From assembly GCF_001677475.2 (NCBI RefSeq), contig NZ_CP015229.1: a stretch of DNA of 64,000 nt; one strand, written 5' to 3'. The stretch's first letter is position 1, and the number at the start of each line of letters is the position of its first letter. This DNA is from Escherichia coli. GTDB lineage: Bacteria > Pseudomonadota > Gammaproteobacteria > Enterobacterales > Enterobacteriaceae. Position numbers and translations under genes: made by a program. Under the pieces are notes generated by a model. That model had not been told where the DNA came from. It was given only the letters and a program-made list of their open reading frames with translations, and did not search any database. Positions 51,581 through 62,263 of this stretch are shown piece after piece.

Positions 51581-51666
51581 CCTGTCTTCGAGATTCAGCA
51601 TTCAGTACCTGGAACAGCTGCCCCTGCGGCAGCTGTTCCGCCTGATAAAGCAACTGGAGAAACAGC

Positions 51667-53514
51667 ATGGCAACAGGTAACCGTCTCAGCACGGAAATCA
51701 TGATCAACCTTGCCGGGAACCTGACCGCCAAAGCCCGGCAGTACGGCGCAAATATGTCGCAGTTCGCCCGGAACCATCAGAAGGCTATGAGCCTTGTCAA
51801 AGCCACAACGGAGGCCGCAGGACGCGGCCTTGATACGCTTGGTAACCGCTACACGGCAATGATAGCCGGGCTTGGCAGTAGTCTTACCATCAAACAGGTT
51901 GCCGATTTTGATGCGCAGATGCGCCGGATGGGTACGGATGCCCAGTTAACCACTGAACAGGTAAAGACGCTTCACGACAAAATCAGGGATGTATCGAACC
52001 AGAAAGATATTCGTATTGATGCTTCTGCGCTTGGTCAGGGGGCCAGCGAACTTCTGGGGAAAACCGGTGATTATCAGTATGTGGTGGACAACCTCCGCAA
52101 CATGGGGTTGATGATGCAGGCGTTCGGTGTTGACGGACAGGTTGCAGCCGGGCTGATGGCCCAGTTCTGGGAAAAAAACGTCCGGGGTGCTGAGGCGGTC
52201 AATAACATGATGGACAGGCTGTATTCGCAGTTCGCAGTGGGGTCTGTTAGCGTTGCCGATGTTGCCCGCGCTGCCCCGAAACTGTTTTCCATCATTCAGG
52301 ATCAGGGACCGGAAGCCATTGCCCAGATGGGGGCATTTGCTCAGGTGTTCGCCAAAAACAAAGGCAGCATTGATGAGACGGTAACCAGTATTCAGGCCAT
52401 GTATGCTTCCCTGTCGGACAAAAAGAACATCGAGTTCCTGAAAAAAAACGGCATTGACGTTTTTGTCAAAGGCACAAAAGACATCAAAAAGCCCTATGAG
52501 CTGATGATGGAAATCCTTAAACGGGCCAAATACGATCCGCTGAAACTTCAGGATGTGTTTGATCTGACCGGAATGCAGGGGATTAAGGCGCTGCTTAACC
52601 CTGAAAACCGGCAACTGATGGAACAAATGATTTACGGCACGATTGAGCTGGGTTCCACGCAAAAGGCCGCACAGACCAATGCCGAAGGCTTTAATGCCGC
52701 AATACAGTCACTGAATAACGAATGGCAACGTTTTGCTGAAGGACAACTGGCAAAACCCGTTCAGGAGCTGGCGGATGCGCTCAACAGCGTGGACCAGCAT
52801 ACCGTCCAGAACTGGTTGCAGGTCGGTAAATATATGGCGATTGCTGTGGGCGGCATTATCGCCATCAGAAAAACGTACCAGTTAGGTAAAACCCTCCACG
52901 ACATCATGAATCCCAAAGGGAAAGGCAAAGGAATACCCGGTGCCATTACTGACGTTTTTGGTTCCGGCGTGATACCTGTTTATGTGGTCAATATGGGCAG
53001 CTTTGGTCCGGGTAAGGACGGTGGTCTGCCGGATCTCCCTGACCTCCCGGAGTTACCGGAAAACTCCGGCGGTTCAGGTAACGGTCGGGGACGTTTTATA
53101 GGGAAAATCCTCGGTCCTGTGCTGGGGGCAATGGCTGTAAAAGAGCGTCTGGAAACACTATACGCCCTGCCGGATGAAACAGACTCACTCACGAAATCTG
53201 TGGCTGCTGACCCCAGCGCCAGCCCGTGGGAGCGCGAGTTCGCGCAACAAAGTCAGGACAACCAGAAAGCGCTCGAGTCCGTCTGGCGTAAGGTAACGGA
53301 CTGGTTCAGTTCGCTGGGTGACAAGAACATTGCTGACCCGCGACCGTGGGCAGGTATGCAGGGCACACAGAATTATCCTTTCCTTCCGCAGCAGTTGCAG
53401 GGGGAAATCCGTGTGGTGGTGGAAGGTGACGCCCGCGTGAAAAGTGTCAGAGTGGATCAACCCGGCGTCAGACTCAGTGCGCAGGCTGGCGTCACCAGCG
53501 TGGAGCAAGGGTAA
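51667..53514 (+). CDS. Tail tape measure protein
   Basis: 615 aa; position. Confidence 0.85.
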   Translation: MATGNRLSTEIMINLAGNLTAKARQYGANMSQFARNHQKAMSLVKATTEAAGRGLDTLGNRYTAMIAGLGSSLTIKQVADFDAQMRRMGTDAQLTTEQVKTLHDKIRDVSNQKDIRIDASALGQGASELLGKTGDYQYVVDNLRNMGLMMQAFGVDGQVAAGLMAQFWEKNVRGAEAVNNMMDRLYSQFAVGSVSVADVARAAPKLFSIIQDQGPEAIAQMGAFAQVFAKNKGSIDETVTSIQAMYASLSDKKNIEFLKKNGIDVFVKGTKDIKKPYELMMEILKRAKYDPLKLQDVFDLTGMQGIKALLNPENRQLMEQMIYGTIELGSTQKAAQTNAEGFNAAIQSLNNEWQRFAEGQLAKPVQELADALNSVDQHTVQNWLQVGKYMAIAVGGIIAIRKTYQLGKTLHDIMNPKGKGKGIPGAITDVFGSGVIPVYVVNMGSFGPGKDGGLPDLPDLPELPENSGGSGNGRGRFIGKILGPVLGAMAVKERLETLYALPDETDSLTKSVAADPSASPWEREFAQQSQDNQKALESVWRKVTDWFSSLGDKNIADPRPWAGMQGTQNYPFLPQQLQGEIRVVVEGDARVKSVRVDQPGVRLSAQAGVTSVEQG

Positions 53515-54788
53515 TGACAACAAGCAACGGCAAATGGGACGGGCTGCGCGACGCTTCGTTTCGTGGCGTCCCCTTCTTTCTGGTGGATACGGAAGGCACC
53601 GGTGGCCGTCGTGCCATTCCCCGTGCGTATCCCCGGCGTGAAACCGCCTGGACGGATGATAACGGGGCCGTTCCGGGGCAACAGCAGATTAACGCAAAGC
53701 TGTTGGGTAAAAACTTCCAGGATGATTTAAACGCCCTTTTAGATGCACTCAATACCCCCGGCCCCGGTGAGCTTATCCACCCGTGGTTCGGAATACAGAC
53801 CGTACAGGTTGGCAAGGTCACCCATCGCCTCAGCACGGAGGAAGATGGCATTGCATATGTCACCTTTGAAGTGTTTGAGGCAGGCGAGCGCCTGTTCCCG
53901 TCTGCGGCGGATAACACGCAGCAGGAGGTGCTGACGGGTATTGATGCGGTAAAAGCGGCTATTGATGCTGGCGACTGGTTCGGTGTACCTGACGGGCTGG
54001 GTGACATGGCCGACAGCTTTCTGGCCGATATGGAAAACCTTGTGGCTAACCTGCCCACGTTACCGGCAGCACTGAATCAGTGGATGGACAGGCTGAACCA
54101 TTTTAAGGAGATGGCCGGAACCATCATTGCCACGCCGGGGCGTCTGGTCAGTGAGCTGTCCTCGTTCATTAACGGCGTGGTTGATCTGGTGACGGAAGCA
54201 CCCGAAGCACTGGCGGTTTACACGACATTACGCAACCAGTGGGCCGGAGAACGCTCCCGACAGGTTGCCACCGGCGCACTGCCGGAAGATATCACAGTGA
54301 AGCCAGGCAGCGTGGCAGACGGCGAACCTGGCTTTGCTATCGGGCTGTCACCGGATTATCAGCCTGTATCTGACAGCCTGCAAAAGAACATTGACGACTT
54401 CCGCCTGGTGGTTGTGCTGGAAACTCTGCTGGGACAGGCAAATGCCGTGGCCTCGATGACGTTCGATACCAGTGATGCGGCATTATCTGCCGGTGACGTG
54501 CTGGCGGCTGAACTGCATGAGCAGGCGGTGGCAGCAGTGGAAAATAACCAGCGGGCATTGTGGCGAACGCTGCGCGATTTACGGCAGGCCGTGATTACGG
54601 ATGCCCGCGAGCGTGCCGCCCGTCTGCCGGAAACCCGGCAGGTGACGCTGACCACAACCACATCTGCCGCATTGCTGGCATGGCGCGAGCATGGGGATAC
54701 AAGCCGACGGGATGAAATCGTGCAGCGTAACCGCCTGCGCCATCCATCATTCATTCTGCCGACGCAACCTGTGGAGATCACCGACTGA
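53514..54788 (+). CDS. DNA circularization protein (Mu N family)
   Basis: 424 aa; follows tape measure. Confidence 0.85.
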   Translation: MTTSNGKWDGLRDASFRGVPFFLVDTEGTGGRRAIPRAYPRRETAWTDDNGAVPGQQQINAKLLGKNFQDDLNALLDALNTPGPGELIHPWFGIQTVQVGKVTHRLSTEEDGIAYVTFEVFEAGERLFPSAADNTQQEVLTGIDAVKAAIDAGDWFGVPDGLGDMADSFLADMENLVANLPTLPAALNQWMDRLNHFKEMAGTIIATPGRLVSELSSFINGVVDLVTEAPEALAVYTTLRNQWAGERSRQVATGALPEDITVKPGSVADGEPGFAIGLSPDYQPVSDSLQKNIDDFRLVVVLETLLGQANAVASMTFDTSDAALSAGDVLAAELHEQAVAAVENNQRALWRTLRDLRQAVITDARERAARLPETRQVTLTTTTSAALLAWREHGDTSRRDEIVQRNRLRHPSFILPTQPVEITD

Positions 54789-55858
54789 TGGGATCCGTGA
54801 TTCTTACCGTTGACGGTAAACTGTGGGAAGGCTGGACGGAAATGTCCGTCAGCCGTTCCCTGAAGGCGATTGCCGGTGAGTTTGATCTCAGTGTGACAAC
54901 ACGCTGGTCAGCGGCGGCACCGCGCGTGATTCGTGAGGGGCAACCCTGTACGGTCAGGCTGGGTGCGGATACCGTGCTGACGGGGTATATCGATGATTTT
55001 ATTCCCAGCTATGACGCGGACAATGTGGAAATTCGTGTCATGGGGCGCGACAAAACCGGCGACCTGGTGGACTGCTCTGTGGTGCATTCGTCCGGGAAAT
55101 GGAAAGGCGTGCGGCTTGAACAGGTGGCGGCGGATGTCTGCCGCCCGTTCGGAATAACCGTCATCACGGAAACCCCGACCGGGGAGGCGTTTGCGTCCGT
55201 TGTTCTGGAACAGGGTGAAACGGGTTTTGAACTGCTCGACCGGCTGGCAAAACAGCGCGGTGTTCTGCTGACGTCTGACGGAGCGGGTAACCTGATTATC
55301 ACCCGCGCTTCTTCCGTTCGCGCGGGCGTGTCACTGGTGCTGGGAAAAAATATCCTCGCCGCCCGTGGGCGCTTCAGCTGGCGGGAGCGTAACAGTCAGT
55401 ACATCATCAAGGGCACCACCAGTGCCGGTGGCAAACTGTGGGACAGCCAGCCTGCCCCGATGGTGGGCGGTCGCCAGTACATCACCGAAGACCCGGAAAT
55501 TAACCGTTACCGCCCGCGCATTCTGGTCAATGAAGACAGTCTGACCGTGGGCGGTGCCAGCATTCGCGGGGAATGGTACAAAGCCCGGATGCTGGGAGAG
55601 GCCCGCACGACGGAAATCACGGTGGCAGGCTGGCGCGAACAGGGCGACAGCGGTCCGCTGTGGCAGACCAACCGCCTTGTCGATATCGACGACAGCATTC
55701 AGAACCTGAAAACCACCTGGCTGATATCCGGGGTGACCTGGACGGATGGTGCACAGGGGCGGATGACGGTTCTGGCGCTGGTTCCGCCTGAATCACTGGA
55801 TATGCCGGAAATGAAAGCGAAGACGAAGAAAACAAAGGCGGTGGCCACATGGGATTAA
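54788..55858 (+). CDS. Baseplate hub protein (Mu P/gp44 family)
   Basis: 356 aa. Confidence 0.8.
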   Translation: MGSVILTVDGKLWEGWTEMSVSRSLKAIAGEFDLSVTTRWSAAAPRVIREGQPCTVRLGADTVLTGYIDDFIPSYDADNVEIRVMGRDKTGDLVDCSVVHSSGKWKGVRLEQVAADVCRPFGITVITETPTGEAFASVVLEQGETGFELLDRLAKQRGVLLTSDGAGNLIITRASSVRAGVSLVLGKNILAARGRFSWRERNSQYIIKGTTSAGGKLWDSQPAPMVGGRQYITEDPEINRYRPRILVNEDSLTVGGASIRGEWYKARMLGEARTTEITVAGWREQGDSGPLWQTNRLVDIDDSIQNLKTTWLISGVTWTDGAQGRMTVLALVPPESLDMPEMKAKTKKTKAVATWD

Positions 55859-56385
55859 ACGCCATTGCCCGCCGTCTGCGACTGATGGTTGACCGTGCCA
55901 TTGTCCGCATGGTGTCTGACAGTCTGGAGCGGCAGAACCTGCAAATCCAGACGCTGGCAGATGCCACCGACGACGACGTGGAACGCTTCCAGAACTACGG
56001 TTTTACATCCGTGCCGCCGGAAGGTTCTGAAGCCATAGTGCTGGCCGTTAGCGGGCGGCGTGACGGGCTGGTTGCCATCGCGGTGGAGGACAAGCGATGT
56101 CGCCCGAAAGGGCTGTCCCCCGGCGACGTCCGGCTGTATCACCAGGACGGCAAATCACATATCACGTTAAGGAAAGGCGGAATTATTGAAATCACAGGGG
56201 AACAATTAAACGTTTCAGGGAAAACGGTAAATCTCACCGCCGACGAATTACTGGCTATAAATGCAGGAAATATGAAATTCGTCGGTCCCTGTGAGTTTAC
56301 TGAAGATGTCAGAATCAACGGCAAATCTTTCAGCGAACACATTCATAAGGACGGCGACAATGAGAATACATCACCGCCCGTATGA
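55849..56385 (+). CDS. Baseplate assembly/spike protein (Mu gp45, gpV-like)
   Basis: 178 aa. Confidence 0.75.
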   Translation: MGLNAIARRLRLMVDRAIVRMVSDSLERQNLQIQTLADATDDDVERFQNYGFTSVPPEGSEAIVLAVSGRRDGLVAIAVEDKRCRPKGLSPGDVRLYHQDGKSHITLRKGGIIEITGEQLNVSGKTVNLTADELLAINAGNMKFVGPCEFTEDVRINGKSFSEHIHKDGDNENTSPPV

Positions 56386-56834
56386 CGACAGGAATCCGCT
56401 GGAATAACATGCTCTCACGGGGTGACATCACCGTCACCCATAACGGCCTCTCACTGGATGAGGGGCTGGTCACTCAGGTTCTTATCTGCCTTTTCACCGA
56501 TGCCCGTGCTGATGACGATGATGTCATTCCTGATGGTTCCGGCGACCCGCGCGGATGGCCGGGCGACACGTACAGCGATTTTTCGTGGGGTTCCCGCCTG
56601 TGGCTGCTTGAGCGCGAAAAACTGACGGAAGATGTCCGCCTGCGCGTGGAAGACTACGCGCGGTTGTCCATGCAACCGCTGCTGCGGGCCGGTTACGCCC
56701 GTAACGCCACCGTCACGGCCAGAATCATCGTCCCTGACCGTATTGCCTTTCAGGTGGTGTTAACCCGCCCGGACAAAACCACGCTCACAATTGAAATCAC
56801 CCGCCGATGGGAGGCCACCATTAATGCCGTATGA
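56382..56834 (+). CDS. Baseplate protein (Mu gp46 family)
   Basis: 150 aa. Confidence 0.75.
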   Translation: MTTGIRWNNMLSRGDITVTHNGLSLDEGLVTQVLICLFTDARADDDDVIPDGSGDPRGWPGDTYSDFSWGSRLWLLEREKLTEDVRLRVEDYARLSMQPLLRAGYARNATVTARIIVPDRIAFQVVLTRPDKTTLTIEITRRWEATINAV

Positions 56835-57900
56835 AATCCCCACGCTGGGCAAACTGATTGCCGACGGCGAAAAAGATATTGCGTATGAACTCGGCCTGCA
56901 AAAGCTGCCGCCTGTCAGTGTTGAGCAGGCACTGAACGTGTCATTCAGCAGTCAGGTCCGGGATTTATACGACCATCAGAGCTGGATTAAGGACCAGATA
57001 ATTCCGTCCACCGCGTCTGATGATGAAACCATTATCAAAACAGCAACGTATGAAGGGGTTATCCGCAAGCAGGCCACCTTTGCCAGCGGGCCGGTGACCT
57101 TCACCAGTCAGTCCCCCATTCCGGCAGAAACCCGGATGCAGTACGACACGAATCAGGTGTATCAGGTACTCACATCCGGCGAGGTACAGAACGGCGAGGT
57201 CACTGTCATCGTGCAGGCTGAAGAAGCCGGTGTTGCGGGCAATCTTGCTGCCGGTGCCGTGCTGACCCTGCTGTCCCCGTTGCCCGGAACGGGCAGCACA
57301 GGCGCGGTGACTGAAAGTGGCATCACCGGTGGCGCAGATATCGAATCCATCGCAGAGCTGCTGGACCGTCTGCTGTATGTGCGCCGTAATCCCCCGGTAG
57401 GTGGTGCGCTGCATGACTACGTGATATGGGCGCGTGAAGTGCCGGGCGTCAGCCGTGCGTGGGCGTGGGATGCGTGGCACGGCCCCGGCACGGTCGGGCT
57501 GGCATGGCTTTATGATGACCGTGAAGACATTATCCCCACACGGGACGACCTGAAGACCATGGAGCAGTATCTGTTCTGCCACAAACACCCGGCCACCGGC
57601 GTGATGGTGGGCAAACCGGGCGGCATCGAGGTCTGGCCGGTACAGGTCAGGCTGAAGAAAATCGACCTGTCCATCCGTCTGACACCGGACAGCCAGGCGA
57701 ACAGGAACGCCGTCCGGGCAAACCTGACCGCATTACAGAAAACGCTGGCCCCCGGTCAGATGCTGCCGGTGTCCTCGCTGCGCACGGCCATCGGTATGAC
57801 GTCCGGTATCACGGATTACTTTCTTAACATCGGGGAAGACACCACCAGTGATGTGGATGAGCTTATCACCATCGGGGAGGTGACATGGCTCACAGCGTGA
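56824..57900 (+). CDS. Baseplate J-like protein (Mu gp47 family)
   Basis: 358 aa from ATG 56824 overlapping the preceding stop. Confidence 0.8.
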   Translation: MPYEIPTLGKLIADGEKDIAYELGLQKLPPVSVEQALNVSFSSQVRDLYDHQSWIKDQIIPSTASDDETIIKTATYEGVIRKQATFASGPVTFTSQSPIPAETRMQYDTNQVYQVLTSGEVQNGEVTVIVQAEEAGVAGNLAAGAVLTLLSPLPGTGSTGAVTESGITGGADIESIAELLDRLLYVRRNPPVGGALHDYVIWAREVPGVSRAWAWDAWHGPGTVGLAWLYDDREDIIPTRDDLKTMEQYLFCHKHPATGVMVGKPGGIEVWPVQVRLKKIDLSIRLTPDSQANRNAVRANLTALQKTLAPGQMLPVSSLRTAIGMTSGITDYFLNIGEDTTSDVDELITIGEVTWLTA

Positions 57901-58469
57901 CGGAATGGCTGACCGCACTGCAACAGGTCATGCCACGGGGTAAGGCATGGCCTCGTGATAACGACGCGGATTTAAACCGCTTTTTAAGGGCACTGGCAGA
58001 GCGTTTAACCCGCGTTGAATACGATGCCTCGCGCCTGCATGTGGAGATGCGACCGGAAACCACGCTCCAGCTGCTGCCGGAGTGGGAGCAATATCTGGCG
58101 CTGCCGGAATGCGGAATTGCCGCCACCACAACGGAAGCCCGCCGCCGGGCCGTTGTGGAGAAATACCGCCGCAAAGGCGGGCTGGCAACCTGGCAGATTG
58201 AAGCCGCTGCGGCGGCGCTGGGCTTCACCATTAAGGTGACGGCCGTTCTGCCGCACCACTGCCTGCGTGACTGCATGTACCCGCTGCATCCGGCACGGTA
58301 TCGCTGGCTGCTGAAAGTGGAAGTCCCGGACAACGATGCCGGGCGGTTTACCTGTATTGATGACGTCATGACGCCATTAATCAGCGAACGTACCCGCGAG
58401 CTGGAATGCCTGCTGAAGCATTACCGGCTGGCGGGTACGGAATATGAATATTATTACACCGGAGAATAA
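57885..58469 (+). CDS. Baseplate/tail protein (Mu gp48 family)
   Basis: 194 aa. Confidence 0.75.
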   Translation: MAHSVTEWLTALQQVMPRGKAWPRDNDADLNRFLRALAERLTRVEYDASRLHVEMRPETTLQLLPEWEQYLALPECGIAATTTEARRRAVVEKYRRKGGLATWQIEAAAAALGFTIKVTAVLPHHCLRDCMYPLHPARYRWLLKVEVPDNDAGRFTCIDDVMTPLISERTRELECLLKHYRLAGTEYEYYYTGE

Positions 58470-58472
58470 TTT

Positions 58473-59468
58473 ATGTTTCACGTGGACAATAATACGGGTG
58501 TGCCTGTTATGCCGCCTGTTGCGGCTGAATTAAGCAAAACAACGCTTTATTTCACCGAAGGCGGGAACGGTATTCCACCCACTTATCCAGGACCAGACTG
58601 GTTTAATATTATTCAGTCTGAATTACTGAAAATTCTCGAAGAAGCCGGAATAACGCCGGATAAAGCAGATACCGGTCAGATAATGGCAGCCCTGAAAAAA
58701 CAGTTTATTACGAACAGTGGTTCAGCCGGAGCTATTGCCGGATTAACCGGTGAGAATAATACGTTCCCGTATTTTACCGGCGAAGACACAATGGCATTAA
58801 CGCCGCTCAGTGCGTTTGTGCGCAGTATTCTTGGAAAAAACAGCGGCAGTGAGTTTATTAAAGCAATTGGCCTGTCACCGGACACCCTTTTATCATCAGG
58901 GCGAATAACAGCATTAAGCGGTGGCTCACAGGGAGCAACCGGACTTCAGATGTACGAAGCGTATAACAACGGCTATCCCATTCCATACGGCAATGTGCTG
59001 CATCTGAAGGGGGGGACAGCGTCAGGTGAAGGCGAATTACTGATTGGCTGGAGTGGCACAAGTGGTGCACATGCCCCGGTTTACATCCGCTCAAGACGAG
59101 ACAATGACGAGGCGGAATGGTCTGAATGGGCACAGGTTTTTACCTCAAAAGACAGTTTCAACGCAGCAACTGCTACAAAACTCCAGACAGCCCGCAAGAT
59201 TAATAATGTGGCATTTGATGGCACCAGCGATATCACCATCAGCAGTACCGATTCTGGTGCTGTGCGTGATTTCAGATACACCAGCGAAGTGTTTCACAAT
59301 CCCGGAGGTAACGAAATCACCTGGACGTTTCGCGCGCCCTCAGGTTGCGTTTTGTCAGGTATTTACGTTCAGGAAACGGGAAGAAGTTCTTCGGATAACA
59401 TCGGCGGCGTGTATTACAAACAAACTCAGGTTTATATCAATGGCTCATGGCGCACCGTATCCGGTTAA
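58473..59468 (+). CDS. Tail fibre protein 1 (Mu S-like N-terminus)
   Basis: 331 aa; N-terminus MFHVDNNTGVPVMPP...FTEGGNGIPP resembles the conserved N-terminal part of Mu S / P2 H fibres. Confidence 0.7.
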   Translation: MFHVDNNTGVPVMPPVAAELSKTTLYFTEGGNGIPPTYPGPDWFNIIQSELLKILEEAGITPDKADTGQIMAALKKQFITNSGSAGAIAGLTGENNTFPYFTGEDTMALTPLSAFVRSILGKNSGSEFIKAIGLSPDTLLSSGRITALSGGSQGATGLQMYEAYNNGYPIPYGNVLHLKGGTASGEGELLIGWSGTSGAHAPVYIRSRRDNDEAEWSEWAQVFTSKDSFNAATATKLQTARKINNVAFDGTSDITISSTDSGAVRDFRYTSEVFHNPGGNEITWTFRAPSGCVLSGIYVQETGRSSSDNIGGVYYKQTQVYINGSWRTVSG

Positions 59469-59482
59469 TTAAGGAGAAAATA

Positions 59483-60013
59483 ATGGAACTCAGAAACGTC
59501 ACGCGTTATTACCCGGAAGAAATGCCTTATGGTGAAAACATTCAGTATTTCCGCAGTGAAGACGGACAGGATTTTTATGAATCACTGGATAAATTCACGA
59601 AGAAATACAAATTGTGTATTCACCCTGACACAGGCGTGATTTTTTCGATGGCGGAAGATGTGTCCCGTCTTTATCCGGCTGGTTTCACTATTGTGGAAGT
59701 GGACGAACTGCCGGAGGGTTTTGGCATTGAAGCCTGCTGGTATTACCTGGATGGCGAAGTGCTGCCGGTTCCGGTTGATTATTCGCAACTGGCAGAAAAG
59801 CAACGCCAGCGTCTTCTGGCTGAAGCCAGGGACATCACCTCCGACTGGCGAACCGAGCTGGATCTGGGCACCATCAGCGACGATGACAAAGCCCGTCTTA
59901 CGCAGTGGATGGCATATATCAAAGCGGTGAAGGCGCTGGATTTAAGCACCGTTACTGATGAAGCCTCCTTTAATGCCATCAACTGGCCGGAGCGTCCCGA
60001 TGCCGCAGCTTAA
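59483..60013 (+). CDS. Tail fibre assembly chaperone 1
   Basis: 176 aa from ATG 59483 with AAGGAG Shine-Dalgarno; follows fibre 1. Confidence 0.65.
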   Translation: MELRNVTRYYPEEMPYGENIQYFRSEDGQDFYESLDKFTKKYKLCIHPDTGVIFSMAEDVSRLYPAGFTIVEVDELPEGFGIEACWYYLDGEVLPVPVDYSQLAEKQRQRLLAEARDITSDWRTELDLGTISDDDKARLTQWMAYIKAVKALDLSTVTDEASFNAINWPERPDAAA

Positions 60014-62249
60014 AGGTGTGATTAAAACGCCCACGGGAGAAGCGCTGGGCGGCGCAACCATTACTCTGACCTCCCTGCACAACCGTGCAGGGATCCTGAA
60101 AGGTGTTTTCAGCCACGTAACCACACAGAGCGGGGAGTACGACTTTTCCGTTCAGCCGGGTGTGTACAGCGTTCGCCTGACACAAAGCGAACAGCGCCTT
60201 TCAGAAATCGGTGTCATTCGTGTTTATGAAGATTCACAGGACGGTTCACTGAATGATTTTCTGGGTGCAACCGATATTGACCTGCGCCCGGAAGCCCTGA
60301 AGAAATTCGAAGAACTGGCGCAACAGGCGCAGCAAAGCGCGGAAGAAGCCGGAGAGCACGCGGACGCGGCTGAACAGGCCCGCCAGGATACAGAAACCCT
60401 CGCCGGGGAAATACGGCAGGATGCAGAAGAAATTGCAGGCAATGTGCAGAAAGCTGAAGAGCTTGCCTCTGAAACCAGTCAGAATGCAGCCCGCGCAGAG
60501 CAGGCCGTTAAGGATGCCGACACGATAGTCCGGAAAGCGGTCGATAAACTTGCTGATGCTGCAACGCTGACCGGCGAGGCAAAAGCCAGTGCCAAAGCTG
60601 CCGCACAAAGCGAACAGAATGCGGAAAATCACGCTGATAATGCAGCACAAAGCGCACAGCAGACCGCACAGGATGTGCAGGCAACGGTAACAGCCCGCAG
60701 TGATGCGGAACGTTTTGCGGGTGAGGCAGAAAACAGCGCACAGTCATCAGGCACAGCGCGGGACGAATCAGTCGATGCCGCCGAACGCGCCCGCCTTTAT
60801 CATAATGCCGCATCATCAGCTGCAACCAGCGCGGAAAATGCAGCAAATGCTGCACTCGGGCATGAAAACAGCGCCGCCGAATACGCCCGACAGGCTAAAG
60901 CCAGCCAGGATGCAGGTGCAGACAATGCGCAGGAAGCGAAACAGTACAGGGATGAGGCGCAGCAGATAGTTGATGACCTGAATGCAACAAATGCCTCCAC
61001 GACAGAAAAAGGTCTGGTGCAACTGTGTAGTGATACGGACAACGACAGCGAGGAACTGGCTGCCACGCCAAAGGCTGTCAAAACCGTCATGGACGAGACG
61101 AAAACAAAAGCGCCACTGGACAGCCCGGCCTTCACCGGCACCCCAACCACCCCAACCCCACCGGATGATGCCGCCGGTCTGGAAGCAGCGAACGCAGCGT
61201 TTGTGCGCAAACTGCTTGCTGCGCTGGTTGGCTCATCGCCGGAAGTTCTGGACACCCTGAACGAGCTGGCAGCGGCGCTGGGCAATGACCCGAACTTTGC
61301 GACGACAATCACAAACGCGCTGGCAGGCAAACAACCGCTTAATGACGTCTTAACGGCAATCAGCGCACTGACGCAACGGGCAGATAATCTTCTGTACTTC
61401 AATACAGACGGGAATGCCTCACTGTCTCTGCTGTCAGAGAAGGGCCGCGCATTGCTGGCGCATGACACGGCTGAAGCCATGCGCACGGAGCTTGAGCTGA
61501 GCACGGCTGCGACGATGGAACCCCAGAGTGATATCCGTGACCGCACACCGGGCAGGCTGGCCCTGTCCGGGATGTATGGGTTTGGACAGGCATTCACCAG
61601 CGCCGAAGCTCTGTCATTTAACGGACAGGCTGATTTCGTTATATGGCTGCAGACAGTCACCCCGGGGCGTTATGCGGTCAGTATTGCGGACTCCTCCACG
61701 CTGCTGGTGGGCACCACGAAATTTAACGGTATCATTGATGTGATGTGGTCACCCTCTGATAACGATGGTTCAGACTCAGCGCGTAAATTCAAAACGCTGC
61801 TGTACTACAACCAGTATTACGAGGATGAGCACAGCATACATTGTATGCGTTATCGCTACAGTGGTAACAGCTGGAATGCAACATCAAGCCTTATTGTGTA
61901 TGACGGCAACTCCCTGGCATATCTGATGTCCTCAACCGCCGGTAATGGTCCGTTCTCATATTACCAATACCCGGCCGTCGGTGTGCCGATTATGGCGGTA
62001 TATCAGGGAGAAAGTTTTGGTGAAAATGCTTCTCTGGGACTCGGTGATACTGTGCCGGGTTCCCGTCTTGGTCCTCTGGCCATGAGTGCACAGGTTAGTG
62101 ATACAGGGACATACGCATCCTCACCGCAGGTTGTGATTGGCGGTGCCGGTGAATACAACTTCCCCGGTCGTTACACGGCGCTTTCGGGCCTGGGTAACAA
62201 TTATGGTACTCAGCGTGGCTTTATCGGTCTTTTTGTACGCATTGAGTAA
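60000..62249 (+). CDS. Tail fibre protein 2 (lambda Stf-like side tail fibre)
   Basis: 749 aa from ATG 60000; N-terminus (KGVIKTPTGEALGGATITL, YEDSQDGSLNDFL) and central region (ELAATPKAVKTVMDETKTKAPLDSPAFTGTPT, LNELAAALGNDPNFATTITNALAGKQP) match recalled lambda Stf; Ala/Glu/Gln-rich repeat shaft. Confidence 0.8.
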   Translation: MPQLKGVIKTPTGEALGGATITLTSLHNRAGILKGVFSHVTTQSGEYDFSVQPGVYSVRLTQSEQRLSEIGVIRVYEDSQDGSLNDFLGATDIDLRPEALKKFEELAQQAQQSAEEAGEHADAAEQARQDTETLAGEIRQDAEEIAGNVQKAEELASETSQNAARAEQAVKDADTIVRKAVDKLADAATLTGEAKASAKAAAQSEQNAENHADNAAQSAQQTAQDVQATVTARSDAERFAGEAENSAQSSGTARDESVDAAERARLYHNAASSAATSAENAANAALGHENSAAEYARQAKASQDAGADNAQEAKQYRDEAQQIVDDLNATNASTTEKGLVQLCSDTDNDSEELAATPKAVKTVMDETKTKAPLDSPAFTGTPTTPTPPDDAAGLEAANAAFVRKLLAALVGSSPEVLDTLNELAAALGNDPNFATTITNALAGKQPLNDVLTAISALTQRADNLLYFNTDGNASLSLLSEKGRALLAHDTAEAMRTELELSTAATMEPQSDIRDRTPGRLALSGMYGFGQAFTSAEALSFNGQADFVIWLQTVTPGRYAVSIADSSTLLVGTTKFNGIIDVMWSPSDNDGSDSARKFKTLLYYNQYYEDEHSIHCMRYRYSGNSWNATSSLIVYDGNSLAYLMSSTAGNGPFSYYQYPAVGVPIMAVYQGESFGENASLGLGDTVPGSRLGPLAMSAQVSDTGTYASSPQVVIGGAGEYNFPGRYTALSGLGNNYGTQRGFIGLFVRIE

Positions 62250-62263
62250 TGAGGAAATCAGGC

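Noticed and set aside
60800-61660. 286-aa minus-strand ORF inside tail fibre 2
   Set aside because: Antisense to the Ala/Ser-rich repeat shaft of the fibre; composition mirrors the sense-strand repeats.
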